Below, one piece after another: positions 24,968 to 37,210 of a stretch of 64,000 nucleotides of DNA. Numbering within the stretch: position 1 is the first letter of the stretch; each line of letters starts with the position of its first letter. Below the pieces are notes generated by a model, which worked only from the letters and a program-made list of their open reading frames with translations, did no database searches and was not told the origin of the DNA. The stretch is from positions 34,102,001 to 34,166,000 of the forward strand of contig NW_024704743.1 in assembly GCF_018977255.1 (NCBI RefSeq), read 5' to 3'. The stretch is from Callorhinchus milii (lineage: Eukaryota). The position numbers and the translations under genes are program-made.

Positions 24968-25120
24968 TAATAATAATAATCCTTGCATTTGATATAGCAC
25001 TTTTCACGTCTTCTAGATGTCTCAAAGCGCTTCACAGAACATACTGTAAAGTGAATTGACTGTATATTTGTGGGCGAAACACGGCAGCTAATTGCGCACA
25101 GCAGTGTCCCACAAACAGTC
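24968..25120 (-). mobile_element. 5'-truncated Deu SINE (family A)
   Basis: Deu core ctgctgtgcgcaattagctgccgtgtttcgcccac and (ATT)n tail. Confidence 0.85.
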
Positions 25121-26604
25121 GGGATGGTTCACACAAACAGTACTTTATAGGAATTTGTTGAGCAATTTCCAGGAAATGTATATATTTTTTGACTGAGCAG
25201 CTGCTTACCTTAAACCTCCAGTTAGGATGTGAAAGGAGCTATACAAATGTAATTTGTTGCTGTTTTTGGATGGATATAATTCACTCTGCACCACCGCTGC
25301 CATCAGATGACATTCAGAGACCAGCACTGAGACAAAACATTCTGCCCTTTCCCAGAATGAGGATTTTAAGACACTGGCATAACTGATGCAATGTGTGTTT
25401 CTGCCTCAAAGGGCCATGAATATCAAATATTAAAGTTCTATTTAAAAGTAGGCAGAAGGGCTTATAGATACTTCAGGGGCATAGGGCAATGGGACACCAA
25501 CACAGAGTCACAGGTCTCTGGTTTATAACCATTATTTCCCCAGTGTTCCTAATCTCACCTGCGGTATCACAAGAGAGACTTTACTGAGGTGAAGGAGAAG
25601 CAATTACAGCGCTAACCAATCTGTGATACCCTCACACATCCCCTTAAACCTAACTACAGAATAAACTGTGGAGGAGGGATTAAAACCTACACAGTGATTG
25701 GAAAGAATTTTGTTTTTAAACAAAGAGACATTTTCTCCTGTATGAGCCAAAATTCAGAGTGAAACCCAATGCACAATTTTTCTGTCAACAATCCAACAGT
25801 AAGCTTCATCCCAGACAAGTACATGAATTACCCATACTACAGACAGCAACTTGTTATCTTCAAATTTGTTACTTCGCAAAGAAGGTGTATGCAGCTGGAT
25901 TTTGAGTGAGGTGCGTTGCACATACATTTGGATATGAGCAGTTTGAATGACGTTAAAATGAAGTTGATAAAGAAATCCAAGAGCTCAGGGTTCTTGAGGG
26001 TTGGGAGTCAAACAATGAACCTAAATTGTGTCAGAAAGAATTACCAGGTTTCGAATTTGTAAGCTTCAGCGTAGAATGATATAGGCTGTGGAGAAACCAT
26101 AATATCCCAGTGGCCAGTCTACTGTGATTCAATGATACCCCAAACCTTTTAAAAGCCTGCACTTTTAATGCCACAAAGCATAGTCCTGGGCTCTACTCTA
26201 CACCCAAAAAACACTCCCAAGATTTATGAATCTGTGGAAGTTTCAAACTGAAGAGTAATTTACCAAATAAAGTTCATATTACTATTTTGTTAATAGGTGT
26301 CAGCCTGGCTTCAGTTGGTATCAACCCCCTGGTTTGGGGCAGAAGGTTATCAGTTCAAGCATCACGTCAACTGTAGTGCTCCTACTAAAACCAGCTGATG
26401 CACCAACCAATTTTAAAGGAGGACGGAAAGGGATATGAAAAGATAGGAAAAGTAATCTTATGCGGATTGTTATGGTTTTTCCTTTAGCTGGAAGTTCACT
26501 TCAGATGGCACTTTAGTGCTGCCCTCAGGGTGAACTACTTTCACGACGCAAAGAGCTTCAGAATACCCAACCGTCCGATCGGTCTACGCGGTGTGCCTTC
26601 ATAC

Positions 26605-28416
26605 CTGTGTCCTGTGCTCTCCGACCGCAAACTGCAGAACAGCAAAGCCGCTGTTGTGGCCAGCCTCGACTCGCTCCACGGTGCTCGAGTCAATCTTCAG
26701 GTCGCTGCTGATCTCAGCGCTCTGTATGAAGTCCTCGGTCTTTAAGTCTTCGACTCGCTTGAGCTCTCCGTTAGCGAGCTGGATGATCGAGCCTTTCATG
26801 AAGTAGGGGGGCAGTTGGTTGGATGTGGTCACAGGGGAGCTGACTGACTGCACCGGGGGCAGGTGCACCTGGGCCTGCACAATGGTGGTGTGGTAGGCCG
26901 GCTGAGGGACAAGTGATTCGGGGTTATAGTTCTCGCTCTTGGGGGTGGCCGTGCTGACGAATGGGTGAGGCACTGCAGCAAACTGAGGAGACGTGGTCAC
27001 AATCGTAGATGTTACTCCTGATCCATCGGCCGCCGAGCCACACACAGGAATGAGGGTGCCTGGGATCATGAGGTGCTGTTGCATGTTCCCGTGGTAACTA
27101 AGTGCTTGTTGCTGGCTGCTGATGTAGCCGATGAGAGGCTGTTGTGGAGCGGGATACACGGCACTGGAAGGTAGTCCTACTGGGAGATGTTGTGTGGGGT
27201 TATGTGTGGTCTGAATGACAGTATGTGGGGGAAAAGCTGCCTTGCCGTGATTTAAGTTAGTCTTATCGTACACTGCCAAAGGAGAGCTTTCCCTGTCTAT
27301 GGCCTGTTGGACCTCCAGATCTGTAGTAGGCGTATGACTGTTCGGTATAATCATTACTGAGGTCCTGCGACCTAAAGTTTCGTGTGCATTATAATCAGCA
27401 GTACTTGGGTGGACAACCACATGGGCTCCATGCCTGATTTCATAGTGCCGAGCCATGGGCTTGCTTCCTGCCTTTTCCATGTTCATTTCTGTGTTGGGGG
27501 AGATGGCATACCTCCTGCTTTTTTCTATTTCGCCATTCAATACTTCCCTTCTTGAGACAACGTGCCTGGTGTCTTCAGCCTTCCTGGCAGACTCCCTCGA
27601 TGTAACGTGGTACCCGGGATTGGCATACTGAAGGACTACCTGCGACGGGGCACTGACTGTGAGGCTGTGCGGAATCAGTGTAGAGTGAGAGTGCAGGGGT
27701 AGAGGGACTGCTGGAGGGGAGAGACATCGGGTCACGTTCGGAGAGGAGCTTGGAATCTGCATGTACTGGCTTTGCAACGAAGGAGGAGAAGATCTCGTGA
27801 TCATTCCAGACGGCCTGATCATATGCTGCTCAACCTTATGCTGGGATGGGCCGCCCGTGTTGGTGAGGATGGTAGAGTAGGGTTCCAGGTGGGAATACTG
27901 AGACGGAGTGGCAGAAGAGGAGGAGGTCGTTGGGGAAATCAAAGGGGAAGGGATGAAGGCAGCAGGTCCCGGATATGGTCCACCGTAAGATGACCCAACG
28001 AACTGGAAAGCAGCGGGCTGCAGCTGGGCATACTGTACTGGAGACACGGAGGTTCCTGGCTGAGATAGTGCAGAGGATGAATAGACAGCACGAAGGTGCG
28101 TTACCCCAGGAGCCGCTCGAGTGTTGCCAGTTGACGAATAGTCCACGGGTGACGCTAGTGGTTTATAGAGTGCTACTCCTTGTGGTAAGCAAGTCTCCAT
28201 CGCCATTTCTCCTCCTGTTTTGACATGTCCGTACCTCACGCCGACACTGCTTTGGCTGCTAGCTACGTTGGCGAGCCATGCTAGGTTTTCACTGCGACTG
28301 CTGTCACTCACAGGAGCTGCTGCCACCACCTTCTCCTCCAACGGCAGACAGCTGACAGGAAACTCTCGCTTTTTGGGTGGTAAGCATTCGTTGCTGCGCT
28401 CCTGGTTTGATTTCAT
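26605..28416 (-). CDS. ATXN1: Ataxin-1 first, large coding exon (604 codons; MKSNQERSNECLPPKKRE... to the first part of AXH, LPPYFMKGSIIQLANGELKRVEDLKTEDF...HRTQ)
   Basis: Diagnostic ataxin-1 N-terminus and AXH domain. Donor CAG|GTATGA at 26604, phase 0 to the 18421 exon, giving 780 aa. Confidence 0.98.
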
Positions 28417-28582
28417 TTTTATAGACTCACTTAGTGTCTGTTATGCTTGGATTCTAGTTTGAGAAATTGGATGTCACATTTGTTTTCTGGCAGCTCGACC
28501 CAAAATGATCCAAGAACTGCATGAGGCATCATTTCCTCTAGCCAGAATTTATTTTTTTACACACGCACAGCTGCTCTGGAAT
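28417..28582 (-). other. ATXN1: 5'-UTR part of the ATXN1 large exon (acceptor just before 28582)
   Basis: Strong acceptor ctctcttttcatttcAG|attccagagcagctg, 166 nt upstream of the ATG. This is similar in position to the mammalian exon start as recalled. Confidence 0.8.
28431..28532 (-). CDS. Upstream ORF, 33 aa: MMPHAVLGSFWVELPENKCDIQFLKLESKHNRH*
   Basis: ATG 28532-28530 with G at -3, TAA 28433-28431, and an in-frame stop 9 codons upstream within the exon. Ends 14 nt before the ATXN1 ATG, out of frame with it. Translation is not demonstrated. Confidence 0.55.
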   Translation of the reverse strand: MMPHAVLGSFWVELPENKCDIQFLKLESKHNRH

Positions 28583-30364
28583 CTGAAATGAAAAGAGAGT
28601 TTCAAAACTTTCACACTTAGCAAACAAGAGGTATTTGCCAACTCAAGCAATGGTAAATTTACAAATTGCTGAAAACTGACAAGTTGTACTAACAAAGCTA
28701 TGTACGTGGAGCCCCATTTATGCTTACTCCCTGCTCTGAAATGGGTTTCTTTAATCCAGGGCTTTAGAAATACAATCAGTGCAGATTCATTTCTCCACTC
28801 ATTCCTCAATACTAACCTGCCAGGCAGGTGTAGTGCGAATAGAGTACCACAGAGCAATCCTCAATAATAGTGAAAGCAAGCTGCACTTCAGCAGACTCAC
28901 AGTACGCCTTTTCATTCATTGGTATCACTGAGATCTTCCTCGTCTCGTTCATGAAAACCTGGCTGATTTAAATATTGGCTGCGGAGGAAAAGGGAGGATG
29001 GGAAAACAGGCAGGATGCTGTACAACTCTTCACAACTGGTTGCAACCAGCCTGAAACCCAGGACGAGGCTGATGCCTTTTCATACTAGCACCTTAAATTC
29101 CAACAGTGTTTGCCATTTCAACCTGGAAATCAAGTAGGCTAAATGGGTGTGCATACTATCACATTGTGTATTACTGCTTACAAAGATGATCAAATTTCTG
29201 AGCTTAATTCTGATCAACATGAAAGGCAGAGAATACTTCCTATTTTCCAACTCAAGTTCTCACTAACGTGCAACACATGTTAATTATTTCATTGCACTCA
29301 CAGTATCACTACAAACCAAGGGGAATAAAACAAAACAAAATACTACTTTTCAAACGGTTATAACTGGTGGTGGTACAATCAATAAATAAATCATTAATTG
29401 TAACAGGCCTTTGGAATTTAGAACTTTGTTTCTCTAACTAAACTGGGATCTTTCACTGGGAACAGCAATAGTTATAAAATGCAGCTGAATCTCTGCTATG
29501 GCTTGTGGGTAAGAGCTATAGTTACAAGAACATGCCCAGGCTACAGATAAACTCTTATGAGTATTTTAAAAGCCCTATCCAAGCTGTGGTTGAATTTAGC
29601 TCTTCCAGAAACTCAACTTGCCCCAAACTCTTACTAAAAATAACAGGCGGGTCTTGGACTTACAATATGTGATTCACACATAAAAACTCAAACTAACACA
29701 TTACTATAAAAGAAAAGACAGTATTGTCACGAGTGTGCTCTAGATTACTTTGGGAGAAACTCACAGGGTTGACAACATTAATTTGCACATATATAACAAT
29801 AGTTATTTGTGTATTTGATGTAACGCCTTATCATGTTATTATGGGATACACTGTAGAGTGGTGTGACTGTTTGTATTTTGTGGGCTAACCCTACTGCCAA
29901 ATTTTGTGCACTCCAATGTCTCACAAACAGCCTTGGAGTGAGTGACACATTTTTATTTGGGGGGAATGCTAGCCAGGGCATCAGGACAAACTCTCTTCTC
30001 TTCTTACCTTATGCTTAGCTTTAAAAGTGGCTGTATTTCCAGTTACAGAGGGGGGCAGCTGGTTGCATAGCTCAGCTGCCCAAACAGGGCAATAAAGCAG
30101 ATTGACCTGTGTATTAATTAGTTTGTAATCTTTTGGGAAAGACATAGAAGCTAGAAACAATGTCAGACATTGGGGTCTATTGTCCACAAATACATGCATA
30201 TTTCACGCCAGGTGTAAAGCCTGTGTCACAAATTCCATAATTAATAACCAATGAATCTTGACTGTTAATTATGTAATTACTCATTTTCATTGTACGTTCA
30301 TTACCTAATCTGGGGTACCTGTTATTTCCATTTGTGAACACACGGTTTACACATAGCGCATAAT

Positions 30365-30940
30365 TCTGGGGGGGTCAGATGGGTGTCTGACGCATGCGGA
30401 AACCCATCACAATGCTTAAAAGTATCCAAACCAAATTATACCTTATATATCAACTATACATGGAAATTCCAGAGATGGTTATTGGAATGGAATGTGGACT
30501 CTCTCCCTGGAGGAACGCATCTACTTACCTAATGGAAAGTATTAGGTGCAGGTTGGCAAGAGCCAAGGCTTGGGGTGTGCATTTGGCTGGTTAGCTGGAA
30601 ACTATCCAGCTAAAATCACATTCCTTGCTAATGAAAGTACTGTCTGGTACGCTTTCCCGCTGCTTGTCCATTCCGGACCACCCTACCTGTTAGTACTTTG
30701 GCTTGCAGGGTTAATGGGAACTGAATGGGAAGAGTCCCTGCCCCCAGTGACTGGTCTGCCCCTCCAAGTCCTACTGATGATCCAGGCTGGTTGTGCTGTC
30801 ATCAGCAGTGCCCTGGAGTATTGTGGACCCGCTTGGCTCAGAAACTGGACTATTGAGACCGCCACAGAAGTTTTGCTCAATTCTGATATTGGGTTGCCGG
30901 ACACGTCAAGCACCTCAGAATCATTCCTCCTATTATGAAA
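30365..30940 (-). mobile_element. Second copy of the unclassified CCHC-type LINE 3' end
   Basis: Colinear with 1917-2460 (e.g. gctgtcatcagcagtgccctggagta, gcaggttggcaagagccaaggcttggggt). Terminal hairpin gtcagat-gggt-gtctgac at 30374-30391. Confidence 0.65.
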
Positions 30941-33189
30941 AGTGTCTTGTAATATAGGAGTGGTACCCACAGTAGTCGGTTTCTGAATCACATGACAAAG
31001 TTCTGTAATATGAATACAATAGTACCGATTTCTAAACGTGTGAGTGCGTGTTAGGGAATAGAGTTTTCTAGGTCAGATAATTGGACAGGTGGGGTGTGTC
31101 GGGTGGAGTATAAATACCAGCTCAAACTAGTTGGCCCAAATGACCAGTTTCCATGCTGAATCTCTTTATGAAAGTGTATGTATGCGCACACTCACTCGTG
31201 CATATATCTGTGCAGCAGAGCTATCAGAATGCAAACTTTACGTGTTATGAGAAGTGCCTCGGAGGAAGTGAGAAGCAAAACTCAAAAAAAAAACAGGGAA
31301 ATTTTAATTATCTGAACAGCTTATTTGTAGCTCAAGCATTTACAGAAGACATCACTCTGAAAGATACAGGTATTGACAATTTTGAAAGGACACATTAAGC
31401 CACGTCATTGTCCAAAAATACTTCAGCAGTAATTACAAAGATTTTCTTTCAATATTAAAAAGAATTTACATCCTGGAATTATGTGACTGAAAAGGTACAG
31501 ACCAGATCAAGAAGGATGATAAATGAATCATTGGGTGGATGTTGCCAGGCACTGAGAAGACAGGAACTGGTAAACCTTCCAACTGTTCCCACTGAAACAC
31601 ATCAGCTATTTTGTGCATGTTATCTAGAAACAGTTGGCTGTTGGGAGTGTGCCACCGACTGTAACACAACCTCAGCAGTTCTGGTGACTGTATAAACAAC
31701 AAGAGCTTTGCTTGCACGATTCAGGATGTCATTAAGACGCTCTCCCTCGCCCCAACTTTGTTACAGTGCCGCAATGCACTCCCAGCCAACTGTTGTACTA
31801 TATATAGCACTGTACATATTATGAGGTCCACGTCAATCACATGGGTTATGGGACTAATGGGCATTCACTAATGTACAGAAGCAAACACAACTCCAAGCTC
31901 AATCATAAATCAACCATCCTACTACATGATTATTCCTTGCATGGATGTTTGAGAGGCTTTACCGTGTGCATATCTTGTTTGCAAATGACTGCTATGTTTG
32001 CATATAAAATACCATCACTATAATTGACAGTAATTAGCGTAACATTTTCAAGTGATAAGGCACTATATAAATGTAAGTTCTTTCCTCCCTTCTTCCCTGA
32101 ACCTACAAGCCTTGCTGTTTCTCTGGAGTGCAGCCATGCTCTGGTATCTCACCTGGGTGTCCATTCTTTATGCGTCAATCAATGAGTGTGGCTAGAGGAT
32201 CTAATTGTAACATCACAGCTGAGCTTATAATAGATTTTATATATATATCGATTATATAATAATAATCCTTACATTTGTTATAGCGCCTCATCACGTCTTC
32301 GAGATGTCTCGAAAAGCTTCACAGAATATACTGTAAGTGAACATGGCAGCCAATTGCGCACAGCAGTGAGCACACTAGGTGTGGGACAGCTTGACCTGTT
32401 CTTGTCTGAATCCCCACATATAAACTTCCAGGAAGGGTCAGTAAACAATCAGCAGCAGGAATAACGTGCAAGCTTGCTTCTATCCATTCCAGGGACATTG
32501 AGGTCAATTAAGCATCCCCGCTGCTACAGTGACTGAGGTCAGCAATATCCTATCACAGCAGAAAGCAGATTGAAACAGAGAACATGATATACATAGCACA
32601 ATGCAACATCACATGCACTTACCACTGAGTCATTGGGAAGGGAAGCACTTCTGTTTTTACAATTAGCTTTTGAGACTAATGTATAGTAGAAGGAACATCA
32701 GTTGTATTCACAATTGAATGGTGTTCTCTATCAGTCATTTCATTACTGTGCTTTAATTGAAAAATTAGCATGCATCAGCAACTTGAACTTATAGAGCTGC
32801 CTTCATGCAGAGTGGCGGCTCAGAGCATTTAACAGTGATGGAGCTTGATACCGAGCTGGGGAGAGGAAAAATAGGTGTCCGTAAATTCGACCGTAAATTT
32901 GAGTCAGACCCACGTGCTTATTTGCAGCTCTTACTCATTTTAATCAGCATGTAGGCAATCACTTTGTACTCTCCCTGCATAGAAACATTCTTGCTTAAAT
33001 CTGGGGCATTCAAAGCTTCTAAATGAAGCTGTATTTTAATGTTAAAGTGACACTGCAGCCCAGGGACACATCCTATTCACAAATTTGAAACAGCAAAGTG
33101 TTGCTTTTCCGACAGTGGAAAATAATTTTAGACATGCTCAAGGGTCTAAAAGCCAACTAACCCTCAGACAGATGAACTATAACCTGGGG

Positions 33190-33430
33190 CGCTTAATGAG
33201 ACAAGACAGGAGACTTGTATAGTGCTGATAGACATTATGAGGGAGTCGATCACCAATGGGGAAGTTCCAACAGACAGGAAATGAAAGGTGGTAGGGCCAT
33301 ACTTGGCAACTACAGACCAATTAAATCGAGCCTAACAATCAGCAAACTAATAGAATCGATCATAAGAACCAAAACGGAAGATTTACCTATAGGAAAATAA
33401 CCTAATAAATAATAGCCAGCAGGGCTTCGG
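33190..33430 (+). mobile_element. CR1-type LINE RT fragment
   Basis: Encodes GNYRPIKSSLTISKLIESIIR (NYRPxSL..KL.ESII motif) followed by an NSQQGF-like remnant. Confidence 0.65.
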
Positions 33431-35552
33431 AATACTGATAAATTCAGCCCAATAAAAGAGAGAATAAATAATCAGTAATGGTGTCAACTGTATATTAAAA
33501 GTCACAAATTACAGTAATGCTATAAATCCAAAACAAACTAATTGTAGGGGAGAAGATTCTTACGGACTCGTCTTTATAACATTGCTCAGCACTGCACAAG
33601 GGGGTACAGACTGGACGGTTGAAAACTCAGTTCTATGCTGTTATCTGATACCAGCTGAAGTAGTAGTTGGGCTATTTAGTAAGAGGAAAAACAGTTAGGT
33701 TTCCAGCTGCTAATCGTGATTCAGAGATCCCTGCTGGAAGATATGTGTGTGTTTATATTACATATAAAAATTATATCTATTGGTATATCAACACATATAT
33801 ATATATATATATACACTTATTAGTCAGCATCAGACTCCGTTGAAATGCCTCACACACAGACACACTCTTCCCCCTCCGCTGCAGTCAAATAATCTATCAA
33901 CACTCACTTGCAAGCCACATATACGAACAATCACCACTGTGCCGCATACTAGAGTGAAAAGGAGTAAGCCTCCAGGGGGACGGGGAGAGAGAAATTGGAC
34001 TGAGAAAATTGCTGGAAAATGTTTCAAAAAGTAACTTTGCCTTGATGTGGTGGAAAAGTTGATTGTTCAAATTCCAAGAATATATTGTAGGTGAATTGTG
34101 GGAGGGAAAGGCATTTTTTGCCAGAAATGAAATTGGTTTAAGCCGCACCCATTAATAACGAACCTAGCACTGCCACAGTAATGCCAAACTGAAACGGCTC
34201 ACACATTCTGAAGCAATACTACACTCGATCGTTTTTACACTACCCATCCATCTTGTTTTTGTTGCAAATGTAATGACGCCCATTTCGCTGGAGTTGTAGC
34301 TAAATGAACACCAGCACAGCCCAGGAACAAATCCAATTTGTCTCTTCTGCACAGCTGCAACTGAAGAGAGCAAATACGGCCGATACTACCCACACAGCTC
34401 AAAGTGAAGGCACTTTCAGTCGACTCTGCTTAATACTCTTCTGCCAAAAACGCCCATTGTGCAACCTCTTTGGTCAACTTGCCACATTCTACTAGACAAC
34501 CCAAAAAACATATTGTCGGTTTGGTACTAAAAATAATATCTGCAGTTACCGAGTCACTAAGCTTTACTTTGGTATTGAGAAACTATCCATAAATCTGATG
34601 CCAACAAATCTCAATGAGTTCTGGGGACACACACTGAAACACACATAGACACACTGAAACACACACGCTGAAATAACACAACACACACACAGAAACAAAC
34701 ACACAGGCATATGAAACTTACACATTGAATCACACCCACACACTGAAATAAATCTGTATTGTGTCCAGAGAAAAATCTCGGAAGCACCAAAGATAGTTTC
34801 TCAATACCAATCTTAACCTTCTGTATGCAAGTGCGATCCACTGAGGAGGAGACTGCACTAGCTAAAGAAAACTGGGAGAATGGATGATCCAAACTTTTGT
34901 GAATTTTAATCTATCCTCTTTAGTGAATGATGCCAATGTGATACCAGAACATGTTTCTATGCATAAATGAACATTGACATTTTTCTGGAGAAAGCCAGCC
35001 ACAGCTGACAGAGGTCATCAAGTCTTAGTGTGGCCCCAAGCCAGCATTGCCCCGCATGTCAATCACTGTACCATAACCCTTGACTTGGTCCAGGGGAAAG
35101 CAAGGTGTAAATAAATACAGTACAACCTGTCCTACACTCTTGTGATGACCAACAAAGAAACGGTTTTCATCAGATCAAATACAGAAGTTTTACTGAGCAT
35201 ATTTGAGCTTCAGTGTGGATCAGGGGAAAAAAAGCTTTTGTGATAAATGGGAGTTTTGTAAGAATAATCCTTGCATTTGATAATCCTGCGCCTTATCCCG
35301 TCATTGAGAACTCTCGAAGTGCTTCACAGGATATACAAGATATACTTTAAATTCACGTGGCTGTGTTTATTTTGTTGTCTCGCTCAATGCAATAAGGTTG
35401 CTTGTCATTGCTCTATTTGTTTGACATTTAACTAACAAATAAAACTTTACATTTGACATACAACAACTCGCATTTATATAGCGGCCCTAACGATATAGTG
35501 CTTATAACATCAAAATGTTAACTTCATAATCATTTAATTAATGTTAAATGTA

Positions 35553-35717
35553 GTAACAACAACAAAATTAAATTTGTATAGCGCCTTTCACGTCGGGAGG
35601 ACGTCCCAAGGTCCTGGACAGACAGAGTTACGAACCCGAGCTGGGGAGCGGGGTGGGGGAATGTGGAGGGTGGGGGGGAATCAGGGAGATCGAAAGCACG
35701 GTCGAAGAGGAGGGTCT
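35553..35717 (-). mobile_element. Young-looking L2 LINE 3' end
   Basis: Encodes KTLLFDRAF plus a 3' UTR closely similar to 57261-57430; CpGs are retained. Confidence 0.8.
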
Positions 35718-36046
35718 TAATAATAATAATAATAATAATCCTTGCATTTGATATAGCACTTTTCACGTCGGGAGGACGTCCCAAAGCGCTTCACAGAACA
35801 CACTGTAAAGTGAATTGACTGTATATTTGTGGGCGAACGCGGCAGCCAATTGCGCACAGCAATATCCCACAAACAGCCGTAGATTGAAAATGACCAATTT
35901 ATTATTGTTTTTTGTTTTTTGGAGGGATTATTATTAGGCTCTGTGTGGAGTAAGGAAACTTGCCCAAGGTTTCTCCCTCTGCCTGGAATTGAACTCAGGT
36001 CTCTCGCTTGCAAAGCGAGTGCTCTAACCACTGAGCTACAGGACTC
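35718..36046 (-). mobile_element. Young Deu SINE (family A) with internal deletion, abutting the L2 end
   Basis: gagtcctgtagctcagtggttagagcactcgc head, Deu core and (ATT)7 tail. Confidence 0.9.
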
Positions 36047-36867
36047 TTGAGGTGGGACTTGAGGATCTTCAGTAACTATGTATTTCTGGGCAAACACGGC
36101 AACCAATTTGCGCACAACAATGTCGGCAACAAAAAGCCATGAAGTGAGTGACCAATTTTACTTTGGGGATTGTAGGCCACAATACTTTGGGGATTGTGGG
36201 CCAGGACATCAAGAGAAATTCCTTTCTCTTTTCAAATAGTGGAATAGAAACTTTAAGTCTCACCTGAACAGGCAGACGCAGAGGTGAGAGTGCTGCCAAC
36301 TGAGCCAGGCTGACACACGTCACCAAGGGAAGCATGTAGATGAAGAAAAGGACCACGGAAAGAAACCCTAGAATCACCAGATGTGGCCATACCAGGGAGG
36401 GGCCGAGAAGAAAACATTAGAAGAGACAAAGTGAAGATGCTGGGTCAAGTAAGAATGAACCAGGAAAGTGCAGACCTTTGAGATGTACCAAAGAGGAGAG
36501 ACCGTGGAGAATGACACAGTTGTCAACAGCAGCGTTGAAAGCAGACAAGAAATCCAGGGGAACCAGGAAACACAGGGAGCCCTAATCACAGATCGAGAGG
36601 ATGTCATTTGTATCTTTAACTAGGCCTGCGTCAGTGCTGTGGGCAGAGCAGAATTGAAGAGAGCGATGGGAGTGGAAGGAGCTGGGAGGCACAACATGTT
36701 CCTTCAGTCCCAGAGGAGAAAATGCTATGAACTGATGCAGGCTGACATCTAATTTTACCAAATAAATACAGTTAAACAACCCACAAAATCTTAAATCTAT
36801 CCTTAAAGTTCGTACAAATTTCAGACCGTGGCCACTGAGTGGTGCCACAGGTTTAGGCTCTGCCTGG

Positions 36868-37210
36868 CTGGCTCAGTTAGTAGCAATCTCATCTCTGAGT
36901 CAGAAGGTTGTGAGTTAAAGCCCACAAGGGGACTTTGAGCTCAGTCTAGGTGGACACTCGAATACATTATCACTGCATTATCAGAGGCTCTGTCCTTGGG
37001 ATGAAATGTTAAAACCAAAGTCCCGCCTGCCTGTTCATGTGGACATTAAAGATCCCATTACACTATTCTCTCAGTTTCTTGGCCTGTGAGTTAAATTGGT
37101 GATTGTGTCATGGCTCTTTGTGGGACATTGCTGTGCGCAAGTTGACTGCCACATTTGCCCACAAATTCACAACCACTGAACTTGACAGCCATTACCTATG
37201 AAGCACTTTT
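36868..37210 (+). mobile_element. Family B Deu SINE
   Basis: ggctcagttagtagcaatctcatctctgagtcagaaggttgtgag...tgtgggacattgctgtgcgcaagttgactgcc. Confidence 0.75.

Noticed and set aside
28425..28430. GTGAGT donor-like site right after the uORF stop
   Set aside because: Use would remove the ATXN1 start codon and there is no supporting evidence; hexamer matches are common.
30870..30915. LRR-like peptide EVLDVSGNPISELS on the minus strand
   Set aside because: Single occurrence inside a repeat copy and poorly kept in the sister copies; likely chance.
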